The notes below the pieces were generated by a model. The model saw only the letters and a list, made by a program, of their open reading frames with translations, made no database searches and had not been told where the DNA came from. The position numbers and the translations under genes are program-made. A stretch of DNA of 64,000 nucleotides from Pseudomonadota bacterium (GTDB lineage Bacteria > Pseudomonadota > Alphaproteobacteria > MPNO01 > UBA2964). The stretch spans positions 142,126 to 206,125 of the forward strand of contig JAYZFG010000015.1 in NCBI GenBank assembly GCA_036336885.1. The letters are read 5' to 3'. Below are positions 8,634-18,256 of this stretch, in pieces; position 1 is the first letter of the stretch; the number at the start of each line of letters is the position of its first letter.

Positions 8634-9902
8634 ATGGAAATTATTGCGACTTACGGAGCCACCCTTTTAATTTTGGCTATAATTTTTGGGGTCTTTATGA
8701 CGTGGGGAATTGGCGCTAACGATGTTGCCAACGCCCTTGGTACCTCGGTCGGCTCAGGAGCGATTACTGTTCGCACCGCCATCATTGTTGCCGCCATATT
8801 TGAATTCGCCGGAGCGGCCCTTGCTGGCGGCAATGTTACGAGAACTATTCGAAAAGGCATAATTGACCCAGGTCAAATCGCCGACAGCCCGGAAACTTTA
8901 GTCTTTGGTATGTTAGCGGCTTTATTAGCTGCCGGGTGCTGGCTGGCTATCGCTTCAATTAAAGGTTGGCCGGTGTCTACTACTCACTCAATTGTTGGAG
9001 CCATCGTCGGGTTTGCTGTCGCCGGAATAGGCATCGAAGCCGTCAATTGGGGGAAAATTAGTCAAATCGCTGCTAGTTGGGTTGTATCGCCAGTTCTGGG
9101 AGGCGGGATTGCATTCCTGTTAATGCTAAGCATTCAGAGGTTAATAATGAATGCCGATAAACCATTCAACGCGGCGGTTCGTTGGGCACCTTATTATATT
9201 TTCTTGGTCGGGTTTGTAATATCTCTCGTTACGCTTTTTAAAGGCCTAAAGCATTTGAAGATTGATATTGATATTGGGACCAGCTTTTTTGTTGCCTCTA
9301 TCATTGGGATAATTGTCGCTCTTATGGGACGACATGCAGTTAACCGCGTCCAATTTGACGAAAAACTGGATAAGACTTCTCATATTGCTAGTGTGGAAAA
9401 GGTGTTCGGGCCAATGATCATTTTCACTGCTTGTGCCATGGCATTCGCTCATGGGTCGAATGACGTTGCCAATGGGGTAGGGCCATTAGCTGCTGTTTAC
9501 GGGCTAATCAAATCTGGCGGCGAAGTAACCCAAAAATTAGCGATGCCATTTTGGATTTTAGCGTTAGGGGGGGCAGGTATCGTCTTGGGCCTGGCTACGT
9601 TTGGTTACAAGGTCATGCGCACAATTGGAAAAAGAATTACGTCATTAACACCCACTAGCGGGTTTTGCGCCACTGTTGCAGCTGCCGTCACAGTCGTTCT
9701 TGCCTCGCGCACCGCTATGCCGGTGTCAACAACGCACATTGCCGTCGGCGCGGTTATGGGGGTTGGACTAGCACGTGGTTTTGCCGCCCTTAATATTCGC
9801 GTAATTGGAAATATCATTATGTCATGGGTAATCACATTACCTGCGGGCGGTATTCTCGCCGCACTCTTTTATTTTATGTTCAAGGGCATGTTCAGCCCTT
9901 AA
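8634..9902 (+). CDS. Inorganic phosphate transporter, PiT family
   Basis: 422 aa polytopic membrane protein with the duplicated GANDVANA / GSNDVANG signature of PiT/PHO4 transporters. Confidence 0.88.
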   Translation: MEIIATYGATLLILAIIFGVFMTWGIGANDVANALGTSVGSGAITVRTAIIVAAIFEFAGAALAGGNVTRTIRKGIIDPGQIADSPETLVFGMLAALLAAGCWLAIASIKGWPVSTTHSIVGAIVGFAVAGIGIEAVNWGKISQIAASWVVSPVLGGGIAFLLMLSIQRLIMNADKPFNAAVRWAPYYIFLVGFVISLVTLFKGLKHLKIDIDIGTSFFVASIIGIIVALMGRHAVNRVQFDEKLDKTSHIASVEKVFGPMIIFTACAMAFAHGSNDVANGVGPLAAVYGLIKSGGEVTQKLAMPFWILALGGAGIVLGLATFGYKVMRTIGKRITSLTPTSGFCATVAAAVTVVLASRTAMPVSTTHIAVGAVMGVGLARGFAALNIRVIGNIIMSWVITLPAGGILAALFYFMFKGMFSP

Positions 9903-9926
9903 CGAAATTTTCTTCAGGAATCCATA

Positions 9927-10835
9927 CTATTGCGACTTTTGGAGTATCGCGAGCCAAATACCAGCGACAACAAATGCCGCACCGATTAAATGATACCATT
10001 CGAGGGTCTCACCTAGCAGTAGAATAGCTAACCCTCCCGCAAAGATCGGATACAAGTTTCCAAAATAACCTGCTTGAGCACCCCCCGCCCGATAAGTGCC
10101 CTCATTCCAGGCTGTCGTACCAAAAAATCCCGCAAAAATACCAAGGTATAGGAAGAGTAAAATACTCTCCTTAGTGAATGGGGTTGGCTTAATAAGCTGG
10201 AACTCCCATATATAAAGCGGGGTCATGATAACCACACCTATTCCTGCCAGGGCAGTCATAAATGCCATTATATCGATATTTTCAGGTTTCCAACGCATCA
10301 AAAATGCTTGCAAAGCCCACAAAATCACAGCCACCAGAGCCCAAATATCGCCATCCTGAATACTCACCGTTTTGATGACGCCGATGTCTCCGCGAATGAT
10401 AAAGAGACTGGCTCCGGCTATTGAGAAAATTACACCCCACCACTGCCGCCCGGTAATCCGCGTTTTTAAAAATATTAAGCCAAGTAAAAGAACCAAAACC
10501 GGAAGGATTGACTGAATTAGAGTTGCCTGCAGCGCTGTCGTTTTCTGGAGTGCTATATAAAATGTACAATTAAATCCAACGATCGTCAGAAGCGAATAAA
10601 TCAGTAAGAATTTCCTACTCTCCCAGAGTTGGGTACGCTGATTCCAGGTTGAGTGACCAAAAAATATCAAAAAAAATACTAATGCTATTGCCCACCTAAA
10701 AAAATTCAGCGTCAGCGGTGGAATATCAGCTACAGCCGCCGCTCGGCCCACAATCGCATTACCGGCCCAGAACAACACACCAGCAGTCAAAAGGGCATAG
10801 CCAGAAATCAAGCGGCCTTTACTATTTGTATCCAC
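9927..10835 (-). CDS. DMT superfamily (EamA-type) transporter
   Basis: 302 aa, about 10 predicted TM helices arranged as two EamA-like halves. Confidence 0.75.
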   Translation of the reverse strand: MDTNSKGRLISGYALLTAGVLFWAGNAIVGRAAAVADIPPLTLNFFRWAIALVFFLIFFGHSTWNQRTQLWESRKFLLIYSLLTIVGFNCTFYIALQKTTALQATLIQSILPVLVLLLGLIFLKTRITGRQWWGVIFSIAGASLFIIRGDIGVIKTVSIQDGDIWALVAVILWALQAFLMRWKPENIDIMAFMTALAGIGVVIMTPLYIWEFQLIKPTPFTKESILLFLYLGIFAGFFGTTAWNEGTYRAGGAQAGYFGNLYPIFAGGLAILLLGETLEWYHLIGAAFVVAGIWLAILQKSQ

Positions 10836-10878
10836 GCTCGATGAATTCCTAATAATGGTAATTTCTTAACTTTCGAAC

Positions 10879-11967
10879 TTAATCCGCCCCAGCGCCTTCC
10901 AGCATATCAAGTGGAGCAGTATGCACCGTCCCATCGACCTCAATTCCGCAAATATTTTCACGAAAACCGGGCGGAGTTGGCCGACCATCAGGATCGGTTA
11001 ACCACAAACGCATTAGATGGCGTTTCTTCTCTTTTTCATCAAAATCTTCAAACGCTGTTCGAGTATGCAACATAACATGGTTATGTAAGAACTGAATGTC
11101 ACCGACCTCAAAGTCCATCGGCATATAGAGCTCTTTAGCGAGTTCTTGGAACATATCCAGAGCTTCAATATCACTTTTTGTAAATTGTGGTACCCCCGGC
11201 AATGATTGTGCCTTTCGGACATGAGCTCCGCCAGCCCGAATTGAGAGATATCCATCATGAAACGCAAAGATCGGCATGCAATAAAATGGATCCTCCCCTT
11301 CTTTCACCTCTCCATGTTTTGTGAAATAAAAAATTTTACATAACAACTCGGCAAGATCAGGACGCCGTTTCTGCATCTCATTATATATTGTAATTGAGCT
11401 TGCTATAAGACTTGCTCCCCCGCTCTTTGCTGGATGCAAGCAAAGCAAGCCAACATAGTCACATTGGTCACTATGGAAATTCATCTGTGCAGCGGTCTGA
11501 TACCCGCGCACCATTGGATCTTTATAATCCTTCCCAAGGTTTTTGACATGCCCTAACAAATGACCCATTGGATTTTGTGATACTGCTCGACCAAGATATG
11601 TCCCCATGCCAAAAAAGGCGGCCCCAACCTGCCAGCGGGTCATCTCTTCAACAGGCAACCCTCGTACCAGGACGAAACCGCGGCCTTCGGTCAATTCGTG
11701 ATAAAAATCTTCAAGTGCAGGCCCAACTTTAGGCAAGGGAAATGACTCACGTGTGATGTCTTTGATATCAATATTATCCCTTTCTAGGTCCCCCACACGG
11801 TCCATAAGCTCATTGATTTGGCGCTGAGAAAGAGAATAAATCCACTCATAGGATTTTTTAGCCATGTCCTCAGCATACCAAGCCGCCGGATCAGGAGCCT
11901 CCATTCCGGGCATCGACATTTGACGGGAACCATTGGCGATAGCGCCTCCATCAGGGATTGTAAACAT
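10879..11967 (-). CDS. TauD/TfdA-family Fe(II)/2-oxoglutarate dioxygenase
   Basis: 362 aa. NFHSDQCD (HxD iron ligands) and a distal LHNHVMLHTRTAF His/Arg region. Substrate unknown. Confidence 0.75.
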   Translation of the reverse strand: MFTIPDGGAIANGSRQMSMPGMEAPDPAAWYAEDMAKKSYEWIYSLSQRQINELMDRVGDLERDNIDIKDITRESFPLPKVGPALEDFYHELTEGRGFVLVRGLPVEEMTRWQVGAAFFGMGTYLGRAVSQNPMGHLLGHVKNLGKDYKDPMVRGYQTAAQMNFHSDQCDYVGLLCLHPAKSGGASLIASSITIYNEMQKRRPDLAELLCKIFYFTKHGEVKEGEDPFYCMPIFAFHDGYLSIRAGGAHVRKAQSLPGVPQFTKSDIEALDMFQELAKELYMPMDFEVGDIQFLHNHVMLHTRTAFEDFDEKEKKRHLMRLWLTDPDGRPTPPGFRENICGIEVDGTVHTAPLDMLEGAGAD

Positions 11968-12033
11968 GTCTGACCTCCTGTTTCAAAAGCGCGGAACAGC
12001 TAGTAGTGGTAAATCACCTGCCGATTATTAATA

Positions 12034-12453
12034 TCAAACATCTGGTTCAAATTGGTAAACATTTATCTCGTCAGAACGCCGTTCCCAGCACACCCTTACT
12101 GCCATACCCGGCTTAAGTGCCTCTTCATCAACATTTACCAACTGAGCTACTACTCTTCCACCTTCTTTAAGGTCAATGGAGCCAAGGATATAAGGGACAC
12201 GATCAGCAAAGCCGAAGGCTGGAACATGTACTTTGGTCCAGGCATAAATCGTTCCTTTTCCTGATACCTCGCGCCATTCATAATCCGCTTTACCGGTTTG
12301 AAGATTCACCGGGCGTGGCCAGAACTGTGGCTTATTTGTTTCAGGGTCAAACTGCAGAAACAACTTATTCTGATTTGCAGCATCCCACATAGGCTGGCTA
12401 ACCTGCGTTGGCATTGGAACAGGTGGCAAGGGATTTTGTTTGTCATCTGACAT
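12034..12453 (-). CDS. DUF35 OB-fold/zinc-ribbon protein, partner of SCP-x-type thiolases
   Basis: 139 aa. Its size and its position immediately downstream of, and abutting, a thiolase-like gene are the typical DUF35-thiolase pairing. Confidence 0.7.
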   Translation of the reverse strand: MSDDKQNPLPPVPMPTQVSQPMWDAANQNKLFLQFDPETNKPQFWPRPVNLQTGKADYEWREVSGKGTIYAWTKVHVPAFGFADRVPYILGSIDLKEGGRVVAQLVNVDEEALKPGMAVRVCWERRSDEINVYQFEPDV

Positions 12454-13644
12454 TTAAGAACCCTCCAAAATCATGCAGTTGCTACTACCCCAGTTACGAA
12501 AGTAAGGAATTACTCCGATACCAGTAACCAGTGCATTTTGAGCTTTTTCAACTTGGCGACCATTAGCCTCCCCCATCAATTGGCGGATCGCTTCTGTTAA
12601 ATTCACGCCGCCACCTCCAAGGCCCGGCTGGCCTGCCGAAATTTGGCCACCACCTGTGTTGACTGGAAATTTACCATTGGGGGACATATCGGTGCTAAGA
12701 ATAAAGTCCCCTCCTTCACCACGATTACAAAACCCGATCTGTTCCATCTGCAGCATGACCGCAATAAGGAAGTCGTCATAAGGGTGAAACATATCGATAT
12801 CATCAGGTCCCATCCCTGCCTTTCCAAAAACATCAGGTCCCACTGTTGCAAAACCAGTCTCCGTAATATCTGGGTTGGGGTCCGACGGCTCAAAATTGGT
12901 AATTTCCGAATAGGCAACAGGATAAACCAAATTTTTAAAACCCATCGACTTTGCGCGTTTGGTACTGGTGATCAACAAACCACTACCGCCATCACAACGC
13001 ATAACGCAATCCAACAATCTAATCGGCTCAGCGATCACGCGTGAATCCAAATAATCCTGTACCGTGATTGGTTTTCGAAACTGTTCGATTGCATTTTCAT
13101 TAACTAATGCGCCGTTACGCTGGGTAACCGCCAGTTGCCCCAATGCATTAAGGTCTAATCCATATTTCTGATCATAAGCATGACTGAGGAGGCCAAAGGC
13201 TACTGGTGGTCCCTGGAACCCCATTGGTTCCATAAATTCCTGGCGATACCCTCCTAATCTCCGGTGACCCACACCGGTAGTGCCTGTGCTATCAGACGCG
13301 AGACAAATTGCCACTTCACATTGCTCCGTGATAATTGCCGCTGCAGCACGCGCAATGTTGCCCATCGGCGAACACCCCCCGATATCGGTAAGCTGCGTCC
13401 AGCGCGGCTGTAACCCAAGATTATCCGCCATAGTGTTTGTATAAAAAGTATTCCCTGCCTCAGCGGTTGGCATATGCGTTGCCATGCCATCAATATCGGA
13501 ATTTTTAAGACCCGTTCGTTCCAGAAGTTGACCCATAACGTCGGCAGCAAACTCGTATGGCCTTTTACCGGACCGCCGCTGATTTTGAACCTCGCCATAG
13601 GCAATAATCGCCACCGGTTTATCACTAAGGAAATTATCTACCAC
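12454..13644 (-). CDS. Thiolase-like protein (SCP-x / nonspecific lipid-transfer type)
   Basis: 396 aa with thiolase-fold N and C halves (…GGCSPMGNIARAA…, …NTGGGQISAGQPGLGGGG…). Confidence 0.75.
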   Translation of the reverse strand: MVDNFLSDKPVAIIAYGEVQNQRRSGKRPYEFAADVMGQLLERTGLKNSDIDGMATHMPTAEAGNTFYTNTMADNLGLQPRWTQLTDIGGCSPMGNIARAAAAIITEQCEVAICLASDSTGTTGVGHRRLGGYRQEFMEPMGFQGPPVAFGLLSHAYDQKYGLDLNALGQLAVTQRNGALVNENAIEQFRKPITVQDYLDSRVIAEPIRLLDCVMRCDGGSGLLITSTKRAKSMGFKNLVYPVAYSEITNFEPSDPNPDITETGFATVGPDVFGKAGMGPDDIDMFHPYDDFLIAVMLQMEQIGFCNRGEGGDFILSTDMSPNGKFPVNTGGGQISAGQPGLGGGGVNLTEAIRQLMGEANGRQVEKAQNALVTGIGVIPYFRNWGSSNCMILEGS

Positions 13645-13740
13645 TCAAGCCTCCCACCTGTCCTTGTGAATTATTTTCTGATTATTCTAACGCCAGATCC
13701 TTGTGGGTCTACCGTGCATCTATCCCTATTATACTCGAAC

Positions 13741-14025
13741 TTACTTTTTTACACCCTTTGTATCGAAATCTTTTGCATTTTCAAACCGATGCTTCCACCA
13801 GGCATAAAGACATTGCCCGGTTGTTGGGGTCGTTACTCCGTGTAAAAGAAAAACGGCATTCACTTGCGCAGTAATCATTAGTGCCGGCAAATTATATCTT
13901 TGAGAGATATCACGATGCAGCCAAACACACGGGTTTAAGCTCTGGTATCTAACCCAAGTGGCTCCGGTAGCGATCAAAATTATTATAAGGACAATTACAA
14001 AAATTTTTAAAATTCGAGAGGCCAC
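13741..14025 (-). CDS. Hypothetical small membrane-anchored protein
   Basis: 94 aa with a GTG start and a single N-terminal hydrophobic helix (ILKIFVIVLIIILIATGATW). No recognisable family. Confidence 0.4.
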   Translation of the reverse strand: MASRILKIFVIVLIIILIATGATWVRYQSLNPCVWLHRDISQRYNLPALMITAQVNAVFLLHGVTTPTTGQCLYAWWKHRFENAKDFDTKGVKK

Positions 14026-14095
14026 GTTCTATACCTTGGAATCCTTCCTCGGACCGGGAAAAATATAAACTATCCAACTATCATAAACCAAAAAA

Positions 14096-14380
14096 TCAAT
14101 AATCCGTTTCTTTTTCTGGCTTAAAATGCTTGGGTCCCTCGTTATTTTCTTTGAAAAAACGGATCCCCGTAAGTTCCATATGGTCTAGAATCTGATTCGC
14201 CCAAGTTCGAAAATCATCCTCTAAGTAATACTCTTGTTTACGAGGTCGGTATTTAAAATTTTGGGAAAGAGCAAATCTGATGACCGATAATACATGCTGA
14301 CGACCCTCTTCTGCCAACCTAACATTACCACATGTCACGATAGCTAAACTCTTCTGAACTCCCTTCGAATTTTGCTCCAT
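14096..14380 (-). CDS. Hypothetical protein
   Basis: The ORF fills the gap in the minus-strand gene run. I prefer ATG 14380 (MEQNSKG…) over the TTG at 14428. No motif recognised. Confidence 0.4.
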   Translation of the reverse strand: MEQNSKGVQKSLAIVTCGNVRLAEEGRQHVLSVIRFALSQNFKYRPRKQEYYLEDDFRTWANQILDHMELTGIRFFKENNEGPKHFKPEKETDY

Positions 14381-14437
14381 AAAATTTGTCTTACCATAAG
14401 AACAAAACAAGAACAATATTCTATTCAATGGGCCTTT

Positions 14438-15058
14438 CTAATGATCAACTGGTAGACCGGGGTCTTCACCTTCAGGCAACTGCACATCAAATGCCGCCAG
14501 CAAGATAGCAGTGGATGAATAAGCCCCCATTAAGGCAATGATATCTATCATTGTACCAAGTTCAAAAGCCGCGCGGGCACGAGTAAATGTATCTGAATCA
14601 AGAGCATGCGTTTGAAAGAGTTGCCGACCCATTTCTATTAGCACCGCATGTGTTTCAGGTAACCCGTCGGTTGGGCGACGGTACCGTATAATATCAATAG
14701 TCTCTTCAGGAACACCAACGCGCCGCCCTTCTCTCTCATGGGCACACCACTCAAATTGCGCATCGTGCTCACGAGCGGTCGTAAGAATGGCAATCTCTCT
14801 TTCTTTTTCAGTATAGTCAGCACCATGGCGCAAATAGTGCGCAGCGGGTGCAGCCAATCCAGAAAGCTTTTTAGAATGTAACCGCAGACCCCCAGGGCCA
14901 TATAGTCCGGCTAGCGATTTCCCCGCTGCTGGATCAATTTTGACATGAGCATCATACACTTCACGTGCAGCGCTATCGAGATCATCCCGGTTGGGTAATG
15001 GTATACGCGATCGGCTTTCGGGTAAAACGTCGGGCGGAAAATCCTTGGTAGCGGTCAT
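14438..15058 (-). CDS. Carboxymuconolactone decarboxylase (AhpD-like fold) family protein
   Basis: 206 aa. …EKEREIAILTTAREHDAQFEWCAHEREG… matches the CMD-family core helix pair. Confidence 0.7.
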   Translation of the reverse strand: MTATKDFPPDVLPESRSRIPLPNRDDLDSAAREVYDAHVKIDPAAGKSLAGLYGPGGLRLHSKKLSGLAAPAAHYLRHGADYTEKEREIAILTTAREHDAQFEWCAHEREGRRVGVPEETIDIIRYRRPTDGLPETHAVLIEMGRQLFQTHALDSDTFTRARAAFELGTMIDIIALMGAYSSTAILLAAFDVQLPEGEDPGLPVDH

Positions 15059-15131
15059 CGGTCTCTCCTATAAAATAATCATAAAATCTCTGAATAAGGA
15101 CTCATCGAACGGGTTTGTCGTCGGCCAGGAT

Positions 15132-15863
15132 TTATAACTCCACGCCAGATGCCTTTAGGGCATCCCGGCCAATATTATCGAAATGCAACCAGCGCACCTG
15201 CATGGTTTCCTGTAACAAAGACAAAACCCTACTCTGCGTTTCCTTTGTATTAGCATGTTTAGCCAAAATTTTAAGGGTCATATCGCCATGCCCCCCCTCA
15301 GACAAATCGGCAGCCTCACCCGCCGACCAGTGTTCGAGTGCTTCATCGCTAAGGTTTAAAGGTTCCCACACACTTCTCTTGAGCGGCGCTACATTACCAA
15401 GGTCGGCAACCATCGGACCGCGCGCAGCTTCCAAACCCGCCACGGCTGCAAAGGCATCAAGCCAAGGCCACGCACGAGCGGCTCGATCCCAATAGGCGAG
15501 TGCCATCTTCGTGTAGACCGCACCTTGATACTGATAAATAAAATCCCGTTGGTGGCCAAGAGCGACAGCAAAATCAACCATGCTCTCATAATGGCCCGTG
15601 CCGATTGTGGGGTCGTGAACTTCCTCAACGTACATATTATCAATCATGTATTGCCGGGCATCAATCTCAGGGCAATTTCCAATTATATGACCAAACCAAC
15701 GCGGAAACTGGTCGGCAAAGACACAGTGTTCCAGCCCGAAGACCGCAGCACCTTCACGGGACATGTGATTATTAAGCCAGATATCAAATGAACTAAGTTT
15801 CTTCCAACGAGTTTCCCAAATGATTTGGGCCATTTCTTTCTCAAATTGTTCTGGCTCCTGCAT
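15132..15863 (-). CDS. Heme-oxygenase-like fold protein (TenA/PqqC/'iron-containing redox enzyme' type)
   Basis: 243 aa, all-helical, with several E/H-rich helices (MYVEEVHDP, HYESMVDF, EALEHW) as in heme-oxygenase-like proteins. Assignment within the superfamily is uncertain. Confidence 0.55.
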   Translation of the reverse strand: MQEPEQFEKEMAQIIWETRWKKLSSFDIWLNNHMSREGAAVFGLEHCVFADQFPRWFGHIIGNCPEIDARQYMIDNMYVEEVHDPTIGTGHYESMVDFAVALGHQRDFIYQYQGAVYTKMALAYWDRAARAWPWLDAFAAVAGLEAARGPMVADLGNVAPLKRSVWEPLNLSDEALEHWSAGEAADLSEGGHGDMTLKILAKHANTKETQSRVLSLLQETMQVRWLHFDNIGRDALKASGVEL

Positions 15864-16080
15864 AGGCTTTACTCCCTTTCGGCATTTTATAAATTTATTT
15901 TACAGCGTTACAATTTAACCTGTCAGTGTCATAGTGGGAATGATGAAATAAGTCGTCCAACGTTGGCGAACTAAAATTCAATCGTTATTTTTAAATTTAA
16001 CCTTTTCTCCTTAAACTTAAGGGCTTTAGCACCTCTAATCCGAAATCCGTAGTTGAATGAAATTTTACTGATATGGAATT

Positions 16081-17262
16081 ATGAAGATGAAAATTGGCTC
16101 CGATCGCATTCTTACTACCCACGTAGGAAGCTTACCTCGGCCGCTGGATCTATTTGATATGCTTATAGCGGAAGATCAAAACCAGCCACATGATTCAAAG
16201 GCACTCAATGAGCGCGTCGCGGACGCTGTTAAAAAAGTAATCGCCCAACAAGTCGACTGCGGCATCGATATTGTTTCAGACGGCGACATGGGGAAAATTT
16301 CATACACATTCTACGTGAGACACAGGCTATCTAATATTGCTCCAGGGGCACCGCCGGGTGCTGACATTCCGGAAGAAAATTCAAATTTGGATATTGTAGA
16401 ACATCCCGAATTTGAGGCCCGAATAAAAAAGAAGCGCGGCGGCTGGGGATTGCAATATGGGAGACCTTGGGTGGTGGGGCCCATTGAATATGTGAATAAA
16501 CAGCCACTTAAGCGCGACCTTCTCAACATTCAGTCAGCACAGAGGGCCTGCAATTCTACCGCAGGATTTATGACAGCAGCATCACCCGGCGTCTTAAGCA
16601 AGTTCGTACCAAACGATTACTATAAAGACGAAGACACCTATATCGCAGCGATGGCTGATGCGATGAAGGTCGAATATGAGGCGATTCATGCTTCTGGACT
16701 CATTCTTCAAATCGATTGCCCAGACCTGGGATCAGCCCGTCATAATCAGTATAAACATTTATCAGATGATGAGTTCTTGAAAATCGCATGGCGAAATATG
16801 GAAGCTGTCAATGCCGCTACTGCGAATATCCCGCCGGAAAAGATGCGATTGCACATATGCTGGGGAAATTACGAAGGGCCACACACACACGATTTTCCAC
16901 TAGCGAAGATCTTTCCTGTATTAATGGCCGCCCGACCAGCGGCAATCTTATTTGAAGGAGCTAATCCCCGCCACGAACATGAATGGGAGGATATACAGGA
17001 TATAGAAATTCCCGATCACAAGATTTTGATACCTGGTGTTGTCGATTCCACAAGTAATTTTGTTGAACATCCCAAACTCATCGCCCAGCGGCTCGGCAAT
17101 TGGGCCAAGGTCGTGGGACGTGATCGAATTATCGCCGGAACCGATTGCGGTTTTGGTACTTTTGCTCGACTCGAACCACAGGTAACTGCGGATATAGTAT
17201 GGTCAAAATTTAAGGCGATGTCAGAGGGAGCCGATATAGCAACAAAACGGCTATGGTCATAA
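16081..17262 (+). CDS. Cobalamin-independent methionine synthase II (MetE C-terminal domain-like) family protein
   Basis: 393 aa. N-terminal ILTTHVGSLPRP and a C-terminal …AGTDCGFG… Zn-ligand region are typical of the MetE-like/URO-D-like family. Confidence 0.75.
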   Translation: MKMKIGSDRILTTHVGSLPRPLDLFDMLIAEDQNQPHDSKALNERVADAVKKVIAQQVDCGIDIVSDGDMGKISYTFYVRHRLSNIAPGAPPGADIPEENSNLDIVEHPEFEARIKKKRGGWGLQYGRPWVVGPIEYVNKQPLKRDLLNIQSAQRACNSTAGFMTAASPGVLSKFVPNDYYKDEDTYIAAMADAMKVEYEAIHASGLILQIDCPDLGSARHNQYKHLSDDEFLKIAWRNMEAVNAATANIPPEKMRLHICWGNYEGPHTHDFPLAKIFPVLMAARPAAILFEGANPRHEHEWEDIQDIEIPDHKILIPGVVDSTSNFVEHPKLIAQRLGNWAKVVGRDRIIAGTDCGFGTFARLEPQVTADIVWSKFKAMSEGADIATKRLWS

Positions 17263-17263
17263 A

Positions 17264-18256
17264 TTAAATACTATAGAGGGTGCGTGGATTTAAATCTGTG
17301 ATCTTCTTGATATCAGCCGAATTGAATTCAGCGTCTTCAAGGGTCTTAAGCGGTTTCGGGTCACCAGGAGGAAAAGGTAAATCTGTCCCCAAAAGTAACC
17401 GATCGACACCAACCAACTCCCGCAAATAACGCAGTGCCTGCCCATTATGTAGAATGGTATCGTAATAAAATTGCTCAAGGTAAGCAGATGGTGGCTTCTC
17501 TGCCACTGTCCCTGTGATTTCATGCGGCGCAGCATTATACATACGATCAAATCGGCCAATGAGCCACGGTGTAGAGCCGCCACCATGGGATAGAACCAAA
17601 CGTAAATCAGGAAACCTGTCCATGACACCATTGGAAATTAAAGACCCAACAGTCAGCGTGGTATCATTAGTGTATGCGACCACCTGATTGAGAGCGAATT
17701 TCGTTGCTCTTTGTGGTGCGATGGGCTGCGCCGGATGCAAAAATACTGGGACATCCAGTTTCGTACAGGTCGACCAAAATTCGTCCAGATTACACTCACC
17801 TAGATTTTGATGATCAATGTGAGTTGCTACAATAGCCCCAACAGCACCAGCACCGATCGAACGTTCAAGCTCTCTCGAAGCCTTTCCAGCATCCTGCATG
17901 GGGCCCGAGGCCATCCATGAAAATATCTCTGAATGTTCTTCGCACAGGTTGGCTAGACACTCATTCAGTAACCGGTGCCAAGCAAGACCACTGTCAGATG
18001 GCATTTCATAACCGAAAATATCAGTCCACATCGATAGAATTTGGTGTTCAAGTCCGCCTCTGTCCATCTCACTTAAGCGAATATCTACATCGGTCAGTGC
18101 GTCAAAAAACGGCCGAATTTGAACCCCTGAGTCAAATCTACAACAATGGCAGCCGGGTTCTGACTCGACCAAATCAATTCCAAAATCTTGTCCACGGTCA
18201 GCAAGTGTCTCAACTACAGACTTGGGAACAAAGTGCGCATGAACATCAACAGCCAT
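17264..18256 (-). CDS. Amidohydrolase_2 (ACMSD/LigW-type) metal-dependent hydrolase, probably a non-oxidative decarboxylase
   Basis: 330 aa. VDVHAHFVP at the N-terminus, …LVLSHGGG… and …GTDLPFP… are typical of this family. The start overlaps the stop of the upstream Mo-hydroxylase gene (TAATG). Confidence 0.75.
   Translation of the reverse strand: MAVDVHAHFVPKSVVETLADRGQDFGIDLVESEPGCHCCRFDSGVQIRPFFDALTDVDIRLSEMDRGGLEHQILSMWTDIFGYEMPSDSGLAWHRLLNECLANLCEEHSEIFSWMASGPMQDAGKASRELERSIGAGAVGAIVATHIDHQNLGECNLDEFWSTCTKLDVPVFLHPAQPIAPQRATKFALNQVVAYTNDTTLTVGSLISNGVMDRFPDLRLVLSHGGGSTPWLIGRFDRMYNAAPHEITGTVAEKPPSAYLEQFYYDTILHNGQALRYLRELVGVDRLLLGTDLPFPPGDPKPLKTLEDAEFNSADIKKITDLNPRTLYSI

Noticed and set aside
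15864-16080. Possible riboswitch (cobalamin or SAM class) in the 217-nt leader of the MetE-like gene
   Set aside because: I could not find a B12-box-like element or a convincing SAM-II/SAM-V-type pseudoknot consensus by eye. Without a covariance-model scan there is no support.
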